A stretch of 63,469 bases of DNA from Octopus bimaculoides (taxonomy: Eukaryota), in assembly GCF_001194135.2 (NCBI RefSeq), contig NC_068988.1, positions 11,094,696-11,158,164 of the forward strand. The letters are read 5' to 3'. The position numbers and the translations under genes are program-made. Positions 54,134-63,469 of this stretch are shown here, piece after piece (the stretch's first letter is position 1; every line of letters begins with the position of its first letter). The notes under the pieces are model-generated. The model was not told the DNA's origin. It made no database searches and was given only the letters and a program-made list of their open reading frames with translations.

Positions 54134-54625
54134 ATTCGTTGCACGTCAGAGAAGGAAAAAAAGGCATACGATGTAAATGATGACCCCCGTCTCACACCCA
54201 CTCCACCCCAACATCCCCCTACAAACACCAACTCTCTCCAGACCCCACCTGACACTAATACAAAAACACAGAAGCTCCAAACTTCCCCACCCTTGCCCTC
54301 TGAGAAAATATATGTTATACTGTACAACGGACAAAATAAAAAAAAATATAATGAAATAGACTCGTGGGGCAGAGCATTAAAAGTGAATACAACAGAAGTT
54401 AGTGGATTGCTCGCGTATTTCCATTGTGCACTGGCAGACCCAGAATATCTTTCGAGAGTAAAGGATTATGAGGGAGACTTTGAGTGGTGGGTCAAGAAAA
54501 TGGACCCCAGCACAAAACCAGAGCGGGTAAGCTATCTTGAACTTTTAAAGAAATTTAACATAGACATTCTCCAGAAAGATGAAAGTGATCTGTTGCAAAT
54601 AATTTTTAAAAACTGTTACAAATAA
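54134..54625 (+). CDS. Unidentified 163-codon open frame (Pro/Thr-rich segment followed by globular-looking segment)
   Basis: Listed ORF 54293-54625 extends in frame upstream to stop TAA at 54131-54133; possible acceptor GTCAG|54150 and donor CGG|GTAAGC at 54527. Confidence 0.4.
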   Translation: MRCTSEKEKKAYDVNDDPRLTPTPPQHPPTNTNSLQTPPDTNTKTQKLQTSPPLPSEKIYVILYNGQNKKKYNEIDSWGRALKVNTTEVSGLLAYFHCALADPEYLSRVKDYEGDFEWWVKKMDPSTKPERVSYLELLKKFNIDILQKDESDLLQIIFKNCYK

Positions 54626-54772
54626 TTTTTGTAAACTATTACAAAAGATGTTTTAAACTGTTGCAAATAATGTTTTAAACTGTTAGAAAAAATGCTTTAA
54701 ACTGCTGCAAATAATGTTTTAAACTGTTACAAATAATTTTTTAAAACTGCTACAAAAAATGTTTTGAAAACT
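54590..54772. repeat. 22-23 bp AT-rich minisatellite, ~8 units (CTGTTACAAATAATGTTTTAAA)
   Basis: Direct read. Confidence 0.9.
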
Positions 54773-54988
54773 TCTATTAACAGGTTCAATGAAGTTGCTC
54801 GGAAGTGGAGGCGAACGGCTTCATTTCATTTATCATTTTATCTAATTCATCTTTTCCATCCAGTTTTTAATTTTTTTTCCTGTCCACACTGTGTGCTCTC
54901 CCTTCTGTGTTAAGCCCTGTGTGGCTAATAAAAAGTAAGAAAGAATGAAAGTTGGTACATGCAACGCCCCAACAGCTTTAGCTGATTC

Positions 54989-55541
54989 TGTGTAAGCAAA
55001 AACCTTTTTTTTATATATTCCCTCTTCTTCCGCAATTCGCCATATTATTTTATGTGTCATGTGACAACTTGCTGGAGCTACTTGCTGGACCCTAGCAGCG
55101 GGAAATTTAGACAGTGTCACGTGACAACTAGCTGGTGCTGCCTGCTGGAGCCTAGCAGCAGATATAAAAAGGGGAACTTGACACGACGATCAGTCGGACG
55201 CTGACACTCGTTGATGCTGCATCGAAGAGGCCAGGGAATAGAAGAAAGAAGACATGCACCCAACACCAGAGCTGAAGACACCTCCGAAAGGGGGTGGCCC
55301 CGCCACGTCAAAGCGGTAGAGGAGTAGGGGCCGAAACCGGACGTGGTTCCTCCTGATAATGTCTTCAGCTAACTGGATCCTATAAAGGAGCTGTTGTGGT
55401 AGCAGACCACGAAACATGGTTGAAATTCCTTCCTCTTATTCAATACACGAGTATCCAGTTTGTGGTGAGAGGAGTATCTAGTTTGTGCTGAGAGGAGTAT
55501 CTAGTTTGTGTTGACTGAGTTCAGTTTGTTGTGTGAATGCA
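54989..55541 (+). mobile_element. Solo-LTR-like element (~553 bp)
   Basis: TG...CA ends with flanks GATTC/GATTT (5-bp TSD, one mismatch); U3-like 60-bp duplication, TATA, Inr, AATACA at 55442, 23-bp triplet repeat 55449-55517; GC-rich relative to flanks. Boundaries are a best guess. Confidence 0.6.
55055..55195 (+). promoter_or_regulatory. Pol II core promoter: two TGTCAYGTGACA palindromes, TATAAAA, TCAGTC initiator
   Basis: Palindromes at 55055 and 55115 (60-bp period); TATAAAA 55163-55169; TCAGTC 55190-55195 with the A 29 nt after the first T of TATA. Confidence 0.65.
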
Positions 55542-55622
55542 GATTTAATGTCAAGGGAGGATAGGATAACATTTGTAGTTGCTAGTTTATTGGTAATAAT
55601 CACGCAGTGTATGCCTTTTCTG

Positions 55623-55669
<47 letters not shown>

Positions 55670-55979
55670 NNNNNNNNNNNNNNNNNNNNNNNNNNNNNNN
55701 NNNNNNNNNNNNNNNNNNNNNNNNNNNNNNNNNNNNNNNNNNNNNNNNNNNNNNNNNNNNNNNNNNNNNNNNNNNNNNNNNNNNNNNNNNNNNNNNNNNN
55801 NNNNNNNNNNNNNNNNNNNNNNNNNNNNNNNNNNNNNNNNNNNNNNNNNNNNNNNNNNNNNNNNNNNNNNNNNNNNNNNNNNNNNNNNNNNNNNNNNNNN
55901 NNNNNNNNNNNNNNNNNNNNNNNNNNNNNNNNNNNNNNNNNNNNNNNNNGAACAAGAGCGGCATGAAAATAAAGCGATG

Positions 55980-56080
<101 letters not shown>

Positions 56081-57262
56081 AAGCAACTGCCTTGTGTCAC
56101 TTTAGGATCGATAAAATAAAGTACCAGTCGAGTACTGAATATGTGTCATCGACATGTCAAACTACCTTGAAAAAATTACAGTCGATTGAGCCCTGCACCA
56201 GGCCAGTGTCCCGTTGAGAGGATATGTTGTGTGTTCGGTCACTTATACGCTTGGTAATCCGACAAACGGCCTTAGATTTTTTAGGGCTCACGTAAAATAC
56301 AAAAAAAAAAGAATAATTACATCATATATCTTCTGCCTTCCTGTTGTTATGATGATGATGATGATGATATTTTTCTCAGTTCTAATGTAGAACAAACTAA
56401 TCGATGAGGATAACATATATTTGCAATTTCAATATTCTGTATAAACTTTTACATAACCTGATATCTGAGAATTTGCATCGCAACACTTTTACACCCGTAA
56501 TATTTTGTTGAATTAAATCATGAACATTCTCAAGCATAACTTTATGAATATTCATGTCTAAGTGTAGTAATTCGCTTGTCTTAATCTTTTTTCCTGTTAT
56601 TGACATCGTACATGTTTGCAAGGTCGAAATGTCAGTAAGTAAAGTCAGAGATAAAATTGCCAGAACCGCGTTGCTGCCTACAATAAATTTAAAATTTAAT
56701 ACCGACACTATTTCAATCATTAAGTGACTGGTTTGTCAAGAATCCACATTAAATTTTGTAAATCACTAGTTTTGCTTCGCTGAACTTCATTTCGTGCAAG
56801 TACATGAAATCAGTAAAAAATTTCATGACAATCAGTTCCTGACGAAATAAATTGTATTAGAGAAGGGAAATTAAGTATCCTTGATTGGTGAATTGTAAAG
56901 ACGTGGTCCAATTTATTCTTAGCACATGTGATTAAATTTCGACATAAAATTAGCAGATATTTTCTCATCGGGATCTCTTCAATTCTTGCTCACGCACACA
57001 CGAAAATTTCATACAAATCTAAACAAACACACACATGTGTACAGACTTGTGTTAATTCAAGATCATTAATTTAAAATTATGTTTAAAAATAAGAGCTCAT
57101 TTATTAATGGGGAACCTGAATACAGAAAAAAAGAAATTGTGTCACGTTATTTTATGATCTCAACATGAGTGCGTCATCAGGGTTAATATAACAGCTTATT
57201 TTTGCTACCACATACGAACACTGGGGCACAGGCAATCCCTGAGATATGCATGTATGTAAGAA

Positions 57263-57990
57263 GTGGCACCTTGGGCAAGTGTCTTCTACTATATCCTCGG
57301 GCCGACTAAAGCCCGTCGTATATATGTATATATATATATGTATATATATATATGTATATATATATATGTGTATATGTTTGTGTGTCTGTGTTTGTTCACC
57401 CAGCACTGCTTGACAACCGATGGTAGTGTGTTTACATCTCCGTAGCTTAGCGGTTCGGCTAAGGAGACTGATGGAATAAGTACTAGGCTTACAAAGAATA
57501 AGTCCTGGGGTCGATTTGCTAGACTAAATGCGGTGCTCCAGCATGGCCGAAGTCAAAGCCTTGTGGTAGGATTTGGTAGACGGAAGCTGAAAGAAGCCCG
57601 TCGTATATATGTATATANNNNNNNNNNNNNNNNNNNNNNNNNNNNNNNNNNNNNNNNNNNNNNNNNNNNNNNNNNNNNNNNNNNNNNNNNNNNNNNNNNN
57701 NNNNNNNNNNNNNNNNNNNNNNNNNNNNNNNNNNNNNNNNNNNNNNNNNNNNNNNNNNNTATATATATATATATATATATATTATGTATATGTGTGTATA
57801 TGTTTGTGTGTCTGTGTTTGTTCACCCAGCACTGCTTGACAACCGATGGTAGTGTGTTTACATCTCCGTAGCTTAGCGGTTCGGCTAAGGAGACTGATGG
57901 AATAAGTACTAGGCTTACAAAGAAATAAGTCCTGGGGTCGATTCGCTCGACTGAAGGCGGTGCTCCAGCATGGCCGCAGTCAGATGACTG
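57263..57990 (+). mobile_element. SINE family B with duplicated 3' body around an N gap
   Basis: 57363-57500 and 57789-57925 share the same diagnostic variants. Confidence 0.88.
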
Positions 57991-58014
57991 AAACGAGTAA
58001 AAGAGTATATATAA

Positions 58015-58311
58015 TGTACGGAGATGTGGGTGTGTGTTGTGGCAGGATCTTGACCACACCTACGTGACCAAAAGTGGACTGTGCATTTCAATAAAATGAA
58101 GAAACGGTGTGAACTGTCGGTAGCTGACAGTCGGCAGTTGACAGTAAACAGCTGAGAGCGTTGATTTTCCGTATTAGATTACGTTGTTAGTTAATATCGT
58201 ACCTATGATTGGTGTTGTACGAAGTACGTCCTGCGTTAACATAGTTTATTCTACATAACCATATCCTAATGTTTATTTGGATAATACTATTCCTACACCC
58301 TTGTGTACACA
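58015..58311. mobile_element. Possible second solo LTR (~260-300 bp)
   Basis: TG...CA bounded (58015 or 58038 to 58297 or 58311), raised GC, AATAAA 58090-58095; TSD not convincing. Confidence 0.3.
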
Positions 58312-58344
58312 TATATCCTAAATGGATAGATATATCGATAGATA

Positions 58345-58357
58345 ATGGATAGGTAGG

Positions 58358-58421
<64 letters not shown>

Positions 58422-58445
58422 CAGATAGATAGATAGATGGATAGA
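58345..58445. repeat. (GATA)n microsatellite
   Basis: Direct read. Confidence 0.95.
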
Positions 58446-58667
58446 TGTGTACGTGTGTGTATTATATATAGATTTCAGAGGTTAATATGTAATTCTAGAA
58501 GCTTTTAGAGAAAAATTGCAAAGTATTTTGAGTAGATGTAATATAAATGGAATTAAATTAATACAGAGCGTATGGAATAAATCTGCAGGTCAATATTTTG
58601 CAGTATTTACTATTACATAAAGATATAAAGAATATTGATAGGATATATCTGCATGTATGTATAAATG

Positions 58668-58701
<34 letters not shown>

Positions 58702-59428
58702 CATACATACACTCGTATATATACACACATACGCACATACATGTATATATATATATATATATNNNNNNNNNNNNNNNNNNNNNNNNNNNNNNNNNNNNNN
58801 NNNNNNNNNNNNNNNNNNNNNNNNNNNNNNNNNNNNNNNNNNNNNNNNNNNNNNNNNNNNNNNNNNNNNNNNNNNNNNNNNNNNNNNNNNNNNNNNNNNN
58901 NNNNNNNNNNNNNNNNNNNNNNNNNNNNNNNNNNNNNNNNNNNNNNNNNNNNNNNNNNNNNNNNNNNNNNNNNNNNNNNNNNNNNNNNNNNNNNNNNNNN
59001 NNNNNNNNNNNNNNNNNNNNNNNNNNNNNNNNNNNNNNNNNNNNNNNNNNNNNNNNNNNNNNNNNNNNNNNNNNNNNNNNNNNNNNNNNNNNNNNNNNNN
59101 NNNNNNNNNNNNNNNNNNNNNNNNNNNNNNNNNNNNNNNNNNNNNNNNNNNNNNNNNNNNNNNNNNNNNNNNNNNNNNNNNNNNNNNNNNNNNNNNNNNN
59201 NNNNNNNNNNNNNNNNNNNNNNNNNNNNNNNNNNNNNNNNNNNNNNNNNNNNNNNNNNNNNNNNNNNNNNNNNNNNNNNNNNNNNNNNNNNNNNNNNNNN
59301 NNNNNNNNNNNNNNNNNNNNNNNNNNNNNNNNNNNNNNNNNNNNNNNNNNNNNNNNNNNNNNNNNNNNNNNNNNNNNNNNNNNNNNNNNNNNNNNNNNNN
59401 NNNNNNNNNNATATATATATATATATGT

Positions 59429-59500
<72 letters not shown>

Positions 59501-59717
59501 ATCTATCGAAGTATGTGCATGTATGTATGGACTGCAGACACACATACATGTATTGGTCGATACATAGATATTTGTTATGGTTTTATCTAAAAGTATATAT
59601 GTGTATGTGTGTGGTTATGTGTATGTATTCGGCGAAGTGTACGGTTGAACTTTGGAAATATACTCAAGTACTTACGCGGACATGTTAATCTAGCCGTCTA
59701 TCTATCTATCTATCTAT

Positions 59718-59757
<40 letters not shown>

Positions 59758-62700
59758 TCTTGTACACATGAAGACGGTCACACCCTGGCATATATGTATA
59801 GAATATATATGTACACATTGTGTACATATGCCCATACATATAAGTGTGTGTGTATATGTGTACGTTTTTGTGTGTGTGTATGTAATTAAATACCGGATCG
59901 ATTCTAAATCTGAGCAAATTTTCAGTTCTACCTATAACTAAAAACATTCAACGAAATTGAATGAACGTTGCGCCATAAAACAGCCGGTTTGAGAAAAATC
60001 AGGAGTATCACCGCCAGGCAGTGATTAGGCCAAAGCAAACTTTAGGTTTGTTAAACTATATGTTTCAGCTATATCAACTTCGAAAGGCGAATCCATTTCA
60101 TTTACCATGAAGACAAATTTTCTATTATGATGGAAACTGGGAGCGAACGTATATCATACTACAGCATCAAGAAGTGTCTAATGAAAATGCTGTCAAAGCC
60201 GAGTTCAGATAATATGTTGTGGGATGTGCTCTGGAGTAATTTCCAAATTTTCTTAAAAATATAATTCGATTGGAGTTTATACAACCGAAATGCGATGCTT
60301 AAAAGAGCATAATGCCTCCAGTGATGTTGAAACGACATTCGGTGTTTGAAGACTTAGCTAATCAATGATGCAGATGATGGCGACTAATGTAAAATTAAAA
60401 GGCAGTAAAGATAACTCAATAATAGAAATTGAGTATCAAACAAGTTTTAATGCAGTAAAAACCTTTAATGTATTCTACTGAGTAAAGAGGAACGTGTGAG
60501 ATCTAATATCAAATCAGTAATAATGTTTTGATATATTATAATCAGATGCCGTGATTTAGTACTTGCTTTTATTAAAATAGTTTGGAATTATTTAGTAGGT
60601 GAGTATGAAGGAATAGTTAAGATGGTCGCCTTACACCAACATGGTCATGGGTTTGATACCACCGTATAGTATCTTAGAGAAATGCCCAATACTGAACCGT
60701 TGGGTTGATCCATGCCTGGTAAATATTGGATAGAAGGTAACAGTATGAAAACGTGTCGGGTGTATTTTTCCTTCGAGATAAATGTTACTGCCTTGCCACA
60801 AACACAGTCACGTGGGTTCCACCTGATAAGCACTTTAATGATACTTGTAAGTGTGAAACTCTCGGCAAATTACACGGTAATGCAGGAGCAGGTTCTGCAA
60901 CTGGTGGAACCATTGAATCATGGCGCAAACGAGTGTAATTCAGTTAAGTACGATTATTTAAAATCTAAAATTTGGTTTCAAAACTAAACAAGTGTATTTC
61001 TCAAAACACATTGCACTATCTCTACGAGAATGAATACGTGTCCATGGTAAAACAATTTATGTTCAAACTAAAAACCCAAATTTCAAATGTTGAAACACAA
61101 TTGAAACACTCTTCGATATATTAGACTATTTTAGCGAAAAATTTCGGTTAAAGAGCATTAACGAAATATATCAAAATGCGCATTTCGAATCTAAAATTTT
61201 ACTAACACAGAAAATATTATACCATTTATATCAGACAGGAAATAATGTCTCACAAAACATTACACATTAGTGTGTCTTTCTCAGTTATAATTAACCTAAA
61301 ATATTATCCATCAGTCTATACCATTTCAATTATAATATAGGCATTTTAGCGGTTTCATTTTAAAACCAATAATTTAGTCAATGGCAATGGTTTCCGTTTA
61401 AAAACATTTTCATATATTTCTTTGTGATATTTTCCCATATTACAAAATTAACCGATGTAGTGTTTTATTTTTTCTTCCAAACGACACTTTAGATGAGTCC
61501 ACGTTTGCGCTGATTTCAGTTATTTCCATAATATTTTCACCAGTTAAAAACCTATTCATTCTCACAGGAGATAAAACAACGAACAAAATTTTAGGCTCAC
61601 ACAAAATTATGAGGAGCAAAATGCAACCGAAATCATTGAAAAAAAATATTAACCAGCGCAAGACTTTATCCATTAACAACGGAACCAAAAGTGAAAAAAT
61701 GCGATCGGCCTAACTGTGGCACATGCCGCCACCTTTTGGAGGGTACAGAGTTCCACTTTAAACAAGGAGAAATATTTAAGATTAAATCAAATTTCAATGA
61801 CTGAAGCAAGTGAAACACCATAAAGACGTCAGAGAATGTATGTATACATACATATATACATATATATATATATANNNNNNNNNNNNNNNNNNNNNNNNNN
61901 NNNNNNNNNNNNNNNNNNNNNNNNNNNNNNNNNNNNNNNNNNNNNNNNNNNNNNNNNNNNNNNNNNNNNNNNNNNNNNNNNNNNNNNNNNNNNNNNNNNN
62001 NNNNNNNNNNNNNNNNNNNNNNNNNNNNNNNNNNNNNNNNNNNNNNNNNNNNNNNNNNNNNNNNNNNNNNNNNNNNNNNNNNNNNNNNNNNNNNNNNNNN
62101 NNNNNNNNNNNNNNNNNNNNNNNNNNNNNNNNNNNNNNNNNNNNNNNNNNNNNNNNNNNNNNNNNNNNNNNNNNNNNNNNNNNNNNNNNNNNNNNNNNNN
62201 NNNNNNNNNNNNNNNNNNNNNNNNNNNNNNNNNNNNNNNNNNNNNNNNNNNNNNNNNNNNNNNNNNNNNNNNNNNNNNNNNNNNNNNNNNNNNNNNNNNN
62301 NNNNNNNNNNNNNNNNNNNNNNNNNNNNNNNNNNNNNNNNNNNNNNNNNNNNNNNNNNNNNNNNNNNNNNNNNNNNNNNNNNNNNNNNNNNNNNNNNNNN
62401 NNNNNNNNNNNNNNNNNNNNNNNNNNNNNNNNNNNNNNNNNNNNNNNNNNNNNNNNNNNNNNNNNNNNNNNNNNNNNNNNNNNNNNNNNNNNNNNNNNNN
62501 NNNNNNNNNNNNNNNNNNNNNNNNNNNNNNNNNNNNNNNNNNNNNNNNNNNNNNNNNNNNNNNNNNNNNNNNNNNNNNNNNNNNNNNNNNNNNNNNNNNN
62601 NNNNNNNNNNTATATCAGTAGTTGTTTGAGATTCAATTTTTCAATAACAATACATTTCCCAGCATGATTTATAATCTTTACCTTATATTTTACTTTAAAA

Positions 62701-63224
62701 CACATTACATCCATTTCATATCACGTACATGACATCCTTATTTTCAACCATAGCATAAAATATTAGACCTGATATCTCTCCGTAACCTTTACTCAGAGAC
62801 ATACATATATTCGGTAGATGGCTTTTTTTTTTTTTTCGAAATTACTCGTTTCTCATGTATGTTGTTCTGATTTATCTCATACCATATTTCATACCTTCTC
62901 TCCTCCGCGCTCTTTGTTATTTCCTATTCGACTCCGGCAATATTTAATTAAAATTCATTTTTATCACGTGCTGATATTTACAAAAATATTTAAAAAAAAA
63001 AAAAAGCAATCGCAAGAATACGAATGAAGAAACATATACCTTCCTGTCAGCATAAACATCTACTATATCACAACCTATCTATGAAGTACATTCACTCATT
63101 CATCAATGCATCCATCCATCCTTTCATACATACATACATACATACATACATACATACTTAAATACATACAATCATACGTACATACATCTACGCACATTTA
63201 TTCAAAGAGTCATGCACAGAAGTA

Positions 63225-63370
63225 AGCGCAGGTGTATCTGAGTGGAAAGTAGCTTGCCTCACAACCACATGGTTCTAGGTTCAGTCCGACTGCATGGTAA
63301 CTTGGGAAAGGGTCTTCTACTATAGACTCTGGCCGACCAAAGACATGTGAATGAATTTCGTGGAAGGAAA
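63225..63370 (+). mobile_element. SINE family B, 5' half
   Basis: GTAAGCGCAGG...AACCACATGGTTCTAGGTTCAGTCC...TCTTCTACTATAG...GCCGACCAAAG. Confidence 0.85.
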
Positions 63371-63383
63371 TATATATATATAT

Positions 63384-63416
<33 letters not shown>

Positions 63417-63469
63417 GACACATATGTATACGCGCACGCGCACACACACACGCGCATATATATATATAT

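Noticed and set aside
56397-56720. 107-aa minus-strand ORF
   Set aside because: No motif or clear splice signals; length reachable by chance in a window this size.
57150-57200. Minus-strand CTGATGA followed by a CTCA-TGT-TGAG hairpin (hammerhead-like)
   Set aside because: No GAAA after stem II and no stem III/UH; at most a dead remnant.
60958-60987. KIWFQN at the end of ORF 60712-60987 (homeodomain helix 3 word)
   Set aside because: Followed by a stop instead of RR, no helix 1/2 upstream, no acceptor AG; AT-rich chance match.

Overview
AT-rich, repeat-dense animal genomic DNA from a gapped draft assembly (about 17 N-runs, nearly all bordered by microsatellite). The two dominant tRNA-derived SINE families look like those I recall from Octopus genomes, so a cephalopod origin is inferred, not proven. 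No host gene can be named. Most listed ORFs are microsatellite or N-gap artefacts. Recognisable coding remnants are all transposon-derived: a Penelope-like GIY-YIG 3' end (23.4-24.4 kb), an R4/Dong-like restriction-like endonuclease fragment (20.9-21.4 kb) and two DD37D Tc1/mariner copies (35.7-36.1 and 46.9-48.5 kb). Also present are mariner- and Tc1-type MITEs and short PLE-like fragments with degenerate hammerhead motifs. Most notable: (i) a solo-LTR-like element at 55.0-55.5 kb with duplicated CACGTG palindromes, well-spaced TATA/Inr and a densely base-paired leader carrying hammerhead core words; (ii) a foldback element with ~110-bp TIRs, a 10-bp TSD and a (CCCTAA)n spacer at 31.8-32.1 kb; (iii) a 27-bp tandem repeat that stays open as a 9-aa repeat ORF at 13.8-14.3 kb; (iv) an unidentified 163-codon open frame at 54.1-54.6 kb. 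A few plausible but unverified + strand exons suggest much of the window may be intronic.
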